The notes under the pieces were generated by a model. The model was not told where the DNA came from and made no database searches. It was given only the letters and a program-made list of their open reading frames with translations. A stretch of DNA of 64,000 nt from Owenia fusiformis (Eukaryota), in NCBI GenBank assembly GCA_903813345.2, contig CAIIXF020000001.1, forward strand, positions 3,844,001 through 3,908,000, read 5' to 3'. A program made the position numbers and the translations under genes. Positions 1 through 12,700 of this stretch are shown one piece after another; positions within the stretch are counted from its first letter, which is position 1, and each line of letters opens with the position of its first letter.

Positions 1-1360
1 GCACCTTATTGGCTTTGGATACAATAGTTTGAATATGTGTAGTCCAGCGTAAGTTATTAGTGATGTCAATACCTAGGTATGGGATGTGTGTTACCGACTT
101 AAGGTTTTCCCCTAGCATGGTGTAATTGTGAATGATAGGGGATTTACCTTTGTGAATATTTAGCACATAGCATTTTGATGGATGGAATTTCATTTGCCAT
201 GTTGATGCCCAGGAGACCAGTTTATCAAGATTCTCCTTTAGTGTTAATGCATCTGGCTTGCTTTCAACTGTCATGAATAAAAGGCTGTCGTCAGCAAATA
301 GCTTAAGACTGGCTGAGGATGATAGGTTATTGCCCATATAATTGATATAAACAAGGAAACAGAGTGGTCCAAGAACTGTTCCTTGAGGAACTCCTGATTT
401 TACTGGAGTTTTTGAACTTGATTCGCCATCGAGCACTACCTGTTGTGATCTTCCCACAAGCCAGGATCTGAACCAGTTCAAGTTATTATTGCGAATTCCA
501 TAATAGTCGAGTTTGAGCAAGAGGCGTTCGTGAGCCACCGTGTCAAACGCTTTGGAAAAGTCTAATACCAACATGTCTGTTTGTTTATGGTTGTCGAGGG
601 CCCAAGCTATATTCTCTATTGTTTGACAAGTTGGGTTTCACATGAGTGCTTTGACCTGAATCCATGTTGGAAGTTTACTAGAATTTCATAGAGGTCAAAG
701 TGGGCAATAATATGATGGAATATAATATGTTCCATTATTTTACATGGAACTGACGTCAGAGATACAGGCCTGTAATTCACAGCCTCATCTCTTCGTCCCT
801 TTTTGTAGATAGCAGTAACATTGGCATGTTTCCAGTCCATAGGCACTAAGCCTTCATCGATGGACTGTTGAAAAATTATTTAAAGGAATGGCGATATGCT
901 GTCACTGCATTCCTTCAGGACCCTAGTCGGAATAAGATCGGGTCCAGTGGCTTTTGATGGATTTAGGCCAGTTAGCAATTTGTGAATTCCTTTTGTCGAA
1001 ATTTTGATATTTGGCATTTCACGAATTTGACTGGGTACCATTGTCGGTAGAGTAGCATCCTCATCTGTGAATACAGAATTGTATTGGTCATTGAGGATGT
1101 TTGCTTTCTGGCCGGCGTCTGTTATTTCGTCGCCATCTTTGTTACGGAGCACGCTGATACCTGATGCATCTTTGCGTTTAGACTTTATGTAGCTCCAGAA
1201 GCGTTTGGTAATGCCTTTGTGCTGAACATTCTCATTTATGATTTCGCTTTCATCAATGTCGAGCAGATCGTTGATGTAGCGTTGATGTTCTTTACGAATT
1301 TCACTATGGATTAATTTCCATAGTGATTTGTATTTATGCCAATGATGAGGTTCATTTGAA
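1..1360 (-). pseudogene. Decayed, 5'-truncated non-LTR retrotransposon (CR1/L2-clade LINE) ORF2 reverse transcriptase; continues past the window start
   Basis: Minus-strand translation gives KRFWSYIKSKRK, KATGPDLIP, NYRPVSLTSVPCKIMEHII, QHGFRSKHSCETQL, LDFSKAFDTVAH (~530-567), SGVPQGTVLGPLCFLVYIN (~340-397), LKLFADDSLLF (~275-307) and YLGIDI (~62-79). There is an in-frame TAA at 880-882 and a frameshift near 620. Confidence 0.93.
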
Positions 1361-1494
1361 CACAACACAACACCAAAATTTATGAAATTGGTCATATTTT
1401 TCGAAATATTATGTGGTTATTTACACGTCACTAAAGAATACATAGTTCAAAATCAAAATATTTCCACAAATTATTTTTTCAATATTGAATTTAT

Positions 1495-2285
1495 TTTTTC
1501 GAGGTCTCCTCTGCCGAAGGCAGCGCGAAGTAGGAGCGTAGCAACTACTTTGCGGGAGACCTCGAACCATTGATCACGTTTGCTCCTGTAATTATTCACT
1601 TCTTCACCTCTTTAAAATGTGATTTCAATCAGTTGATCAAATCGGACTTTGACCTCAAATTCAAATATTGATATTTATAAGAAAAAATACTGACTCATTA
1701 TTATACTTTAAAAAGTCTTTCAAATAAAGTGAAATGAAGCCAAAATCAGCTAAAATTATGCAATGTCGTAAAATGGCGTTACTGGAATATGATGCAATCA
1801 CCTGTGACGTCAGACACGTATCGCCACATCATTGATCAACAACTAAACAAACAATTAATATAGACTTCACTGATTGGTTTAAATATTCTTTGCATCATTT
1901 GTGACGTCATAAACACGTTACCCAACCAACAACTAAACAAATAACAAATAGGCATATAGGTTCGTTCAGTGCCACGCTCCTGAATCAGTTATACATGTTA
2001 TAAACATAGATTCCGGCCAGATTATTTTGTAGTAGAATCAGTAGCTCAATAAATATTCTTTGAGCCTATGAGATCCTACTACAAAACGATCTGGCCAATA
2101 TCTGTGGTTATAAACAGGATAATCAACAGATATATGATAGGGTCAGGATTTTTTTTGACTTGGGGACCTCGACTCGAGGAGTTTGCTGCATTTTCTTGTT
2201 TTAGAAGAAATTCAAAGTGCGCAACTAAAAGTTTCAAATTAGATCGGAGTTGAATGGGATTAGCTTGTGAACTAATCTCAATTGA
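1495..2285 (+). mobile_element. Helentron/HINE-like non-autonomous element with branched left-end hairpin
   Basis: 12-bp perfect stem TTCGAGGTCTCC/GGAGACCTCGAA (1498-1566) encloses two sub-hairpins. A ~100-bp internal duplication lies at ~1790-1950 and a GATTAG..CTAATC end hairpin at ~2258-2279. Confidence 0.45.
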
Positions 2286-3449
2286 GTCTAATATATGGAA
2301 GTTTATACAATACTTACAATAACTAAAGGAGCTCGAGTTGGACGTAATCTAGTGTTTTTAACTGCTCGAATGGTGGCAGTCATTGCAGTCCGAGCTGCCA
2401 TTTTTCATTTCATAACATCGCTGAAACATTAACAAATATTTAGGCTTATAGGATAATTTGCGCCAGATTCGCTTTCGGAGCTGTTATTTAATCACGCATG
2501 CGCAAAAAAGATTATGCACATAAAACCTTCACACATATAAAACCTAGGATGAAGAAAAAGATCTCCCATCTGTTTTAAATAGTGAATTGCAACCTGGGTG
2601 CAATCAAATCTATGGAAAACCACCAAAAAAGCTCTGACCGCGTTTTCAGCTTTTGGGGTTATCTGCGCCAGTTAGCTTTTTGATTTCAAACACGCATGCG
2701 CACACATTAGACTTTTTAATCTACATTTTCATATTTAGATGTCACTATGATCATACTACAAGTATTCATTCATTCTCAAAATAATGTATGTATTGTTTCC
2801 AGACTTTGGATGAGTGCGGCCGGGAGTGGATGACTGCATAAGGCCACATCATCCACAATGCATTGAGTCATGTGCTGGAAAAGACGGCACTCAAATGCTC
2901 AAAACTTGATAATTTTAATTTTTTCCTTAATTGTATGACTTGTGAAGGTACCGAGATAAACCTGGTCGCAAAATTTATTTCAACATGCGATATAACTGCA
3001 AAGCTATCAATAATATGTCATGACCCTTGGTAGTCTAAACGGACACTACTTAGTATAGTCTACTCACTGGAAATCCACTCGATTACGCTGGTTACCTTAT
3101 TTCACACGTTGTAGGCAGAATTCCCACGACATTTTTAACACAAACGTGTATCAGTATCATATGTTTAAGAAAGTGTACATATTTGCGAACAAATAGTTCA
3201 GAAGACAACAGAATCGTCGATTTAATTCCTCACTTAAGTTACATAAACGGTTTTTCGAAAAACAGTTAAGATCTGCACTTTTAACCCAAACCGTTTATGT
3301 TACTTAAGTTTCGATGAAAGTTTGAAAATATGCAATCACTGTATCGATTTACAGTAATCAAGTCGGTATCGGGACTCTGTTGTCGAAGTCGGTGAAAGCA
3401 TGGGCTTTCAACTAGAAAGCCCATGGTGAAAGTAAAAAAGGTCTACTAG

Positions 3450-3778
3450 CACTGGCGGATCTGGGGGGGGGCCCAGGGGCCCGGGCCCCCCCCCCCTTGG
3501 GTGGGCCCAGAAAAAAAAATTGTGCCCAAAAAAAATTTTGAGCCAAAAAAGGCCTTAAGGCCCCAAAAAGTAGGCCTTTTTGATCATAAATTGGCCTTGT
3601 AAGGCCTTGTTTTTTAATTTTAGGCCAAATTTTGAAGAAAATGGGCCTCAAAATTTCAAAATTTGGGCCCACTTTTGGGTTTTTGGGGCCCAAAATTTTT
3701 TTTCGCGCAAGCGCGGACGTTTTTTTCTCAGACCAGAAGTTTGGGCCCCCCCCTTGTTGGTTCCCAGATCCGCCCCTG
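3450..3778 (+). mobile_element. GC-rich MITE with CA(C/G)(T/G)GGCGGATC TIRs, copy 1
   Basis: Ends are CACTGGCGGATCTGG ... CCAGATCCGCCCCTG, with ACTAG duplicated on both sides (3445-3449, 3779-3783). A closely similar inverted copy is at 19990-20286. Confidence 0.85.
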
Positions 3779-4141
3779 ACTAGCCACATATAATATACAA
3801 GTATGTACTTTAACTTATTCACATATACTAGTGGTATTACACATTTATATTTCATTTTGTACTTTAAGTAGTTTGTAGTTGTAGTTAGTTGTATGCTTTG
3901 TATATGACCCCTGAAGGGGATTGAAATACAATAAAGCTAATAAATTTGAAATTTGAAATTTGTGCTTAAATTAAATTCTTTTTCACACATTGCACGACTG
4001 AGGAGTAAGTCACCCCTCCCCCTCTCGATTTCACCATATAGCTATGTGTGAATTAACCCGGGTGAATTACCATAATACATTTATCTGTTTATCGCCTAGA
4101 TTTTCAATACAGAAAATATGTACCAACATTATCTCCCCAAT

Positions 4142-4806
4142 CACAGGCTGGTATCGAAATATTTGTCCGCTGTGACGGAGCATGCTATTTTTTACGCTGG
4201 GAAGAAAAGCTATTGAAAATGGCGCCGGAGTATCATACTTCAAAATGTACCATTTCTTGTTTAAATTTCTAATAGTACGATATAGTGACACGATAATATT
4301 TACACATGGTTTCAGCATAACTATGAAGGTATAAATGAGATGTTGATGTATTTGGTCTTTTCAATTTTCTTATAAAAAATAATGTTTAATTTTTTTGTCC
4401 GCTGTGACGGAGCAGTTGCAAATGTGAACTGTGAAAATGCTCCGTCACAGTGGACAAAAAATATTAATATTATTTTTTATAATTATACATTCAGAGTTAT
4501 GCTGAAAACATATTCTAATATTATCGTGTCACTATATCATGCCATTAAAAAGTTAAAAAAGAAATGGTACATTTTAGAATTTGATACTCTGGCGCCGTTT
4601 TCAATAGATTTTACTCCTAGCGTTATTGGACTTCAAACAGAAGTGAAGGTTACACGCAAATGATATATCCATTGCATGGCGTAAGTAATTATCTTTGATA
4701 TAACGAAACATATGAGTTAAAAAATAAATCGTGAAGCATTCTTAGTGTTTTTATGAAAAATAGCATGCTCCGTCACAGCGGACAAATCTTTCGATACCAG
4801 CCTGTG
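4142..4806. mobile_element. Foldback non-autonomous DNA transposon with CAC-ended TIRs and 5-bp TSD (Transib-like)
   Basis: ~50-bp TIR CACAGGCTGGTATCGAAA.ATTTGTCCGCTGTGACGGAGCATGCTATTTT at both ends; TSD CCAAT (4137-4141, 4807-4811). Internal inverted arms lie at ~4195-4325 and ~4495-4625, and a central palindrome at 4392-4462. Confidence 0.88.
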
Positions 4807-5212
4807 CCAATTGGACTATGTGTTAAAGCTGAGACCCGGGAATGTTTGAGTTCTTATCTATATAACTTGCGATGCTGAAAATACGTATATAGTGGTGGTG
4901 TAACTTTATATCCTATACCTCCAGATTTACCAAAAATTTTCGTCGAAAATTGAATCATCTAACTTTTTGCAAGCTAAGCGTTTAGTTTACTGTGGGAACA
5001 AAGCTTAGAAGTCGTTTCTGAAACAGTTTTCGATTCCTGTTCCTGTGTGATCCCATGGGTTATCGTTTCTAGTAAAATTTGACTTTGGAAACCTATAACT
5101 TTGTTAAACATGAAGAAATATGTCAATACTTTGTTAAATAAACGTTGCAAATTCAATTGTTCACCTAACTTCCGCGAAAACTCGGATATATGACATATGA
5201 CATGGGGGGGGG

Positions 5213-5308
5213 GCAGAGGGATGTAAGAAGATCTCCACCTTCCTTCAGAAAAATGCCATTGCAGAGGGATGTAAGAAGATCTCCACCTTCCTTCAGAAAA
5301 ATGCCATT
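5213..5308. repeat. Perfect 48-bp tandem duplication
   Basis: GCAGAGGGATGTAAGAAGATCTCCACCTTCCTTCAGAAAAATGCCATT occurs at 5213-5260 and 5261-5308. Confidence 0.9.
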
Positions 5309-5883
5309 TTGAAATATGCTATTTATGTGGCTAATTTTCAGTTTTGTTCCATTTGGGTGAATCAATATGCAACAGAGCAGCGGGGGCTATGATGAGTCTC
5401 AGAGTGGAGCCAGTGACTCTTTTCAATGATTTGATTTTGATTGTCCAATCGAGTTAGCTTGATCCGAATTGAGCTACCAAATTGGGATTGTAGTCAAATA
5501 ATTTCATCTCTTTGATGGCTTGCTTGTATCATGAGAAATCATAGCCTTCTTCTATGAGCTTCTCTTCTTTCTAGTTGAAGACAGAAAGATATGATGAATA
5601 TCAGAATGGATTGCTTGCATTTATTTGCAATAATATCTATTCATTTTATCATCTCCCTCCTCATCAATTTCCTGACCCACCATGATTTTAAGCAAATGGA
5701 TAGATTTGTTAAACGAAACGATTTGCTCTGAAAACATTTTGGAAATAAGAATGTTGGATGTGGGGGTAGAATGGATCCAAGGGATCAAGCCAGGAGCGTA
5801 GCCAGCTTTCAGTCGGGGGGGGGGGGGGGGTGCGATCGCCAAAAAATTCGATTTTCAGTCAGGGGTTGCGAGCCAAAAAAAGA

Positions 5884-7157
5884 TTTAGTATCCCACCGAA
5901 CGAAGTTCGAGGGGGATATAAGAAAGCCGTCCGTCCGTCCGTTTGTCCGGGCGATAACTCAAATACCGGTTGACGGATTTGATTCAAATTTTATAGGCTT
6001 ATGCCTTATGGCGATATAACTTTTGCTCGAGAAGGATTTTCAATATGGCAGCTTAATTCAAAATGGCCGCCACTTTTCGTAAAAATGTAATCTTAGTTTA
6101 CTCAAATACTAGTCGACGGATTTGGTTCAAATGTTATACGTTGATGCCTAGGGACAAAGGAGCTATGCTGAAGAAGATATTTTCAAGATGGCTGCTGAAT
6201 TTTAAAATGGCGGCCATTTTTCGTAAAAAAGCGTAATCTTTGATAACTGAAATACCAGTTAATGGATTTGGTTCAAATTTTATATGATGATGCCTAAGGA
6301 CAAAGTAGAATTGTTCATAAAAAAAAATTTTTAAATGGCCGCCATTTCTCATAAAAATACGTAATCATTGATAACTCAAATGTAAGTCGACGGCTTTGGT
6401 TCAAATTTTATATGCTGATGCATAGGAACAAAGGAGCTACCACGAAGGATTTTCAAAATGGCTGCTAAATATCAAAATGGCGGCCATTTTTCGTAAAAAG
6501 ACGTAATCTTTGATAACTCAAATACCAGTGAACGGATTTGGTTCAAATTTTATATGATGATGCCTAGAGAAAAAGTAGATTTGTTCAAGAAAGAATTTTC
6601 AAGATGGCGGCTGAATTTCAAAATGGCCACCATTTTTCATAAAAAAGCGTAATCTTTGATTACTCAACTACTAGTTGAAGGATTTGGTTCAAATATTATA
6701 TGCTGATGCCTAGGGATAAAGGAGCTACGCTGATTAAAGGATTTGGTTCAACTTTTATACGCTGATGCCTAGGGACAAAGAAGCTACCTTGAAGAAGTTA
6801 TTTTCAAAATGGCTGCTAAATATCAAAATGACGGCCATTTTTCCTAAAAAATGTAATCTTTGATAACTCAAATAGCAGTGAATGGATTTTTTTTGAAATT
6901 TGATTGCTGATGCCTAGGGACAAAGTGGGGACACACTGTTCGAGAAAGATTTTCAAAATGGCGGCTGAATTTCAAAATGGCTGCCATTTTTTCGTAAAAA
7001 GGAATGTAATCTTTGATAACTCAAATGCTAATTGATAGATATGGTTACATTTTATATGTTGATGCCTAGGGAACAAGCTCTGCTTAGAAGGAATTTTCAA
7101 GATGGCCACTAATTAGCAAAATATGTTTTGTTCGTTGGGATTTGGTACTCCGTGGAT
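5884..7157 (+). mobile_element. HINE/DINE-1-like (Helentron-associated) element with internal ~145-bp tandem array
   Basis: 5' stem-loop TATCCC..CGAAC-GAA-GTTCG..GGGATA, a (GTCC)n microsatellite, about 8 copies of a ~130-150-bp unit (GATAACTCAAATA...GGATTTGGTTCAAATTTTATA...AAAATGGCGGCCATTTT), and a 3' TTGGGAT subTIR plus TCCGTGGA end. It follows a MITE end (CAGGAGCGTAGCCAG, 5791). Confidence 0.8.
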
Positions 7158-7260
7158 TTGCTGTTTTTCTAGTTTTTCAAAAAGTGATGAAACTTCCTTC
7201 AAAATTTAGCTAGAAGCTTCAAATAAAAAAGCATTTTAAAGCCCTTTTTGCAAGCTATAC

Positions 7261-8060
7261 TTATGTCACTTCCACAAGTGGTGACATAATGGTCTCCACC
7301 TTTTTGTAGACGGTGTTCGGGGGTTGGTGTTCTGCGTTCGAAGGTTAGTGTTCGGCGGTCGGTGTATAACAAATGGGCAGGTGGTCACATTTTGCATGTT
7401 ATGTCAATGCCTAGTGTGTATAGTATGTCACGGAGTTTTTGTGTGCGGGCAAATGTTTCATTGCATCGTCTACTCTGTACTTCAGGTACGTACGTTCACT
7501 TTTAACATATATTTTTCTATATCTCTGTGAAACTTGTCACGTGTCGAGGTTTGGGGGTGGGATGGGATCGGAAGATTTGTCTACTATGGGGATCAATTTG
7601 TTCTCGATGCAATCGGTCTTCAGTCACTTCTCTAATTAACGCCTCGAGTTAAAGCTCAGAAGCTATTGAAAAGAGTTAGTGCTTCGTAATCTAAATTAAA
7701 AACTTTCTTTTTCCAACATGTTTTCATCATAACTCTAGAAGTCTTAGTCTTTGTGAATGATGACTTTTTGTCCGCGCTTGGGGATCAGTATCAAACCTCA
7801 AATCATGGACATCTATTGCAAGCCCATGCTCAAATACACGAGTATGATGTACCTAGCGCATTTTTCGATAACTCTTGAATTTTAAACTTCTCCGATTTCG
7901 AAGAATAATTTTTTAGCAATTCTCTTTAGCTGTTAACAAGCGAAACTTTATTAGTTTGCATGGCGAAATCTTCGAATTTCAGCTGAGATTTAGCTGAAAT
8001 CGAACTGAACGAGTTTTGTCCACCATTTTAGATGGGATTAACTTCAGTTAGTTTCACCCT
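7261..8060 (+). mobile_element. Second HINE-like element (different family)
   Basis: Left hairpin TTATGTCAC..GTGACATAA at 7261-7289 and right-end motif GGGATTAACTTCAGTTAGTTTC at ~8034-8055. A related inverted end (GGTGGTGACATAAA) is at ~39351-39364. Confidence 0.4.
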
Positions 8061-8584
8061 GTTGTTGACCATTGTTAAAATTCGCTCTAGACGCTTCGAT
8101 TAATTAAATGCATTGGATCAAGTCAGGGGTTGTAAGAAAGCCATGAAATCTATCACGTTTCATTAACATTGGGTTGATTGCCTAGGACCATAATGAGCAA
8201 CCATACACACATTATTTATAACTGTCATATATCACTGATTTAGCATCGATTGACTCATGTACGGTTGATATCACCCGGTTAGCTGGAGACAAACAAAAGC
8301 CATTTCTCAATATTAGAAGACAATGTTCATTCTATATCAGCTTATGAAGTATTATATCAAAACGAAGGTTCATTTATGTTTGAAACCACCTTCGAAGAGT
8401 GTAAAAACTTAATTTAGAGTTACCCTTAACTAAATCACAGTGTAACTTTTGGGTTTTAGGACCCAAAGTTTTTTCTCTGACCTGAAATCCCCCCCCCCTT
8501 GTTTGTTCCCAGATCCACCCCTGTATATACACACCGTGGTCTGCTCTGCAACGAGTTGGTTCTGTTTTGTTACACCATGGACGG

Positions 8585-8660
8585 TACCCTGCGTGCAGAG
8601 TCTAGTTAAACTAGACGAAGCTCTCTTTTAAGAAGTGAAGTCAAACGAATGCAAAGGGTA
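8585..8660 (+). mobile_element. 76-bp internally deleted MITE (TACCCT...AGGGTA) with 8-bp TSD
   Basis: TSD ATGGACGG at 8577-8584 and 8661-8668. Both halves match the ends of the element at 62853-63223. Confidence 0.88.
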
Positions 8661-9540
8661 ATGGACGGAGCCAGGTATGATCGATGCAGACGAGGCAACT
8701 GCCTCCGAAATTTTAAAGAAATATTTCATGACATGATATCTCTGTCAAAATTGGACAATGTTGGTCCACACCAATATTTGTAATGAGCATACTACTGGTA
8801 GCTTTTAATGCACACGACTTTACATGGCTTTCGTTTTTAAGGGCAACGATGTTTGATACGGCGTCATCACAGTGGCCATACAACGCTGTAACATTAGTCA
8901 GTGATCAGGTGATGGTATACAGACTCCATACCGTATTTATAGATGTCATTTGTGTCGTTTTGAGTGTGGAGCGTCCTGAATAAAATAGGGAGTTTAAGGG
9001 GGCTTTAAGTTTGCAATGTTTTTCACAATCTAAACGTCAACGGAAAATATTTAAGGCAGCGATGCATTTGTATGGGTGATTGGCCATACGTATAGGTTGG
9101 CGTTTCAATTTTATATGCAAGCTCCCAGCTCCCTAATGCCAAGACAGACGAAACCTAAGAGTATTCGATTAGACCTGTATGAAGAGTTCACAAGTTCAAG
9201 GTACATCTTCGACTTCAAATGTGGTTGTAACATAAGTTTTAACAACTCAGACCTCGTGAATCTAGATGGTCCAAGTAACTGACAAGTAAATGGACATAAC
9301 GCAGGCTGTAGCACAAGTATAAGTAGGCCTTAGGGACAGAAAGTGTATTCGTACTATCTAAATTTCAATTCCTCCAGGGGCGGCTTATTTATTTTTATTT
9401 TTTCAGTCCATGCTTTCTTGGAATTATGAGTGCTCATAACAATCGCATTCAAAGTTGTTTTCCAAACGTTGTACTTTGTGAATAGGCCTCAATTAAACCA
9501 TGATATTTATTTCGTTTGCAATGTCTTCCCTATATTGACA

Positions 9541-9747
9541 CAGGGCCGTAGCCAGGATTTGCCAAGGAGGGGGGTCATTTTTTGAAAAATTCCAGGGGGT
9601 TCACTTGTAAAATTTTGGTCCAATAATGGCCAAAATCACTTAAAAGTGTTTAGAATGGTGAAAAACTGCATGAATTTGAAAGATTTTTTAGCCAGGGGGG
9701 TTCGCTCGAACCCATCGACCACCCCCCCCCCCCTGGCTACGGGCCTG
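9541..9747 (+). mobile_element. MITE with CAGG(G/C)CCGTAGCCAG TIRs
   Basis: TIRs at both ends; TTGACA duplicated at 9535-9540 and 9748-9753. A degenerate relative is at ~37792-37947. Confidence 0.82.
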
Positions 9748-12700
9748 TTGACATTTTACAAACTTCCAGGAATTTACAACCTCGGTCAAGGAGGGGACAT
9801 CTTCGATTTAGATAGCTGTCTTGCACATCCTTGGATGAAGGTATTAATTTCATTACATGATCCATAGGAATAACATATAGAGTAAGACCTGGGGGTATTA
9901 TAGGATAATGGAACCGAGCATATTTCATGGGATGTTATACCCGGGGATGCTATATTTGCAAAACAATATACCAGGTGAATTCAAAATTCTCATAAATTCT
10001 GTGTCATATATTGTTGTCTTTGTATCATGAATTTAATGATATTTCCAAAAAACATAGTTTCAAAATATATCGAACCGAGTACCATATGCTTTAAGTGGGG
10101 ACATAACAACTATATTCATGAGCGTTTGCAAGCTTAGACCCATATTAATGCTCATGAAGAGTCTTTTGGCTTCCAGCCCTTGTGCCCAACATCTCCCTAT
10201 CATGCATAAATCGATTGGGAGCCGGGAAGACTTGCTGCAAAATTAGACGATGGCAATTGGGGTAATGTCACTAAGGGCGTGATGTCAGTATTTGCAGTTC
10301 TCACATATGCACAGTGTTCCCCTTTTCCCTAATTTCCGATCCCGCAGCGGCTGTATTTAATATTTAATTCTCATAGATAATCAATAGTTCATAAAATCTT
10401 CTCTTTCAACAAATTAACATACTGAAATTATCAGTCTGTAGTCGGTTCATGGGAGTGTATGCCTAAATATATCGAGCCCTTGGTCAGTGTGTATATTATG
10501 AGATAACCTAGGTAGATTCGGTGCTGGAATCGTCTTTACCAGTTTACAGCTGTGAAATCTAACGAATTGTGGATAAGAAAATTAAACAAAACGCCGAGCT
10601 CATTTCCGCCGTCTGGCCCTTACACATGGCATGTTTAAGTGAGTTCACAAAACTGATAGTGTCATTGAATGGATTCATATCATACCAGTCCTTCATTTTT
10701 ATAAGACTAATCACTGATCAAATACATGGTAATATAAGCACCAGAACATGTGCTCAAATTATGTTACTGAGTGTGTGTTTCAAGTACCCGAAAAAGTACC
10801 GCAGTTAAAGGGTTAACTGGTAACCGAGAGTTTAGGCCATAGATTTCCCGCGTCTACTCGCAGTGTATACTTAATCGTGATCAAGTATTCGGTTTCAAGT
10901 CTTTTTACCCACAGGGGCCTACACAGGGAAAATAGAAGATACTTTAAACTAAATAAATGAATATATTTCATGCCATGATTTTTGCCCGGGCTTGAGACTG
11001 TGTCAATTCAATGGCTCTTTACAACATGAACTATAAATTAAACTCGACCGAGAAAGTGTTCTAAAGAGCTGCAGGAATCTATTTTTGTAATTTGTATTAG
11101 GCGTAAAATCGAATCAAGTCTAGCAAAGTGCATGGCCTTCCAATCCAAGGTTCCCTGATGTCTGTTCAGCGTACACGTGTTTAACAAGTTGGAAAATGGA
11201 TTGTTGGGGAGTGTTCCAAAAGTATTTTGAAGTGTGATGTTAAGGGAGAGGGGGGGGGGTGTAACAGGTAGCCATCCAAGATTATCGTGGAGTTTTCAAA
11301 ATGGTTTTAATACTCAAGGAGTGATGTTTACAAAGGATTACATGCACTAGAATTTTATTTGAAGTTACTCTTGTTAAGAGTGGTTGTAGCCAGGTGTACA
11401 TTTGTGTATCTCATGCTATATTTGTAAGCGCAATTCATTGGCAAATTGTGAATTTAAACGACATTTGCTAGGGGCTAAAACGTTAACTGTTTAAGGTGTA
11501 CAACAAGTACACGATATATGGCAAAATCAGTGTGGATATATACGTAGACGCAAAGGTTATCACTGATTCGCAAAATTAGGTAAACTTGAGCTATTAGATC
11601 GTTCACCTTGAACCAAATATTGACACTAGCCGGGCAGACCCAAATTATATTTCATCTCATCAAAATCGAAAGTATAAACTGATGGCAGTTGGATCAAGAA
11701 ACAAGTACAAGCTAATGGAAAAAGCACAAGTTTTCAGGAGTGAGCACACTAACGCATGGGCGTTCGGGTATCTGGTGTAAAGGGTTAAAGCACACTACGC
11801 CATACCATAACATTTACCAAGTAAATAAACAGAATATGTGATTACAATTAGAGCAATGAAAAATGCCATATTTTTCTAGTGATCTATGATACACATATTT
11901 TACACGAATATATTCAGTATTGCAATTTTAATATATTTATAAAATTTGGCTGTTGAAGAACCCAAATGAATTCATAAATAATATGTTAGTACATTTAATG
12001 TTTTTGATATTCAACTTATACAAAGTAAAAGGTGTTTTCTCGTTGCATACTGCGTGAATGAAAATTAACACCAAAGACTTCTAATAGAATATTATAGTAG
12101 CATTACCCACTGCAGCTGTTTGTCTTAACACTTTGGCTTCACCAGCTAATTTGAGGAAAATGTGTGAACGTTTGATCTAAAGGTATATAATAACCTACAA
12201 CAATCTGACATGTAAAGCACCTAATTAATTTGAAAATGAACTTTAACAGTTTACGTGCAATTTCCTTATGATAACGCTGTTTTACAAATGACATGTATTA
12301 AAAAGTATAAAATCTCAGATATAAAACATTCATTCAGTCAATGCTATTGTAGTAAAATATTTCACTGTTTTCTTAAAAAAATTATGCAAACTCTTAAATA
12401 TCATGATTATATACAAATATGCTTAGAAAATGTCCGTTATTTGAGAGGTACAATTGGCTCTTCTCTCTTGAAGTCACAGAAAAATATAACTATATACTTT
12501 ATAAAGATAAAAAAGATGAAAAATGAGCATATTTGGCACGTCACCAGAAATAAAAACTACTTATCAGTTGCAAAGAATCAGTTATCAACATGTCGCATAA
12601 AAACCTGTCACTCCACTGAGTAAATTGAATATTTCATAATTATGCTACTAAAGTATTACAATTTCACCTGATAAGTGGCTGTTATCTCTGGTGGTGTGCT

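Noticed and set aside
3412..3855. 147-aa ORF and related ORFs at 19982-20322
   Set aside because: They lie on GC-rich MITE copies with homopolymer runs, and the peptides are low-complexity with no domain.
4446..4462. CACAGTG followed by ACAAAAAAT as a V(D)J recombination signal
   Set aside because: The spacer is 1 bp, not 12 or 23. It is a single-base variant of the element's internal motif.
4067..4663. Two similar ORFs on opposite strands as a gene pair
   Set aside because: They are the mirror arms of the foldback element 4142-4806.
11225..11262. Poly-G/poly-C runs (here and at ~5200, 5815, 17425, 17600, 22880, 25907) as G-quadruplex signals
   Set aside because: They are scattered homopolymers, mostly tied to MITE relics, with no consistent context.
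12255..12623. 122-aa plus-strand ORF
   Set aside because: It has a GTG start and K/I-rich AT-biased composition, lies antisense to the presumed SoxC 3' UTR, and shows no recognisable domain.
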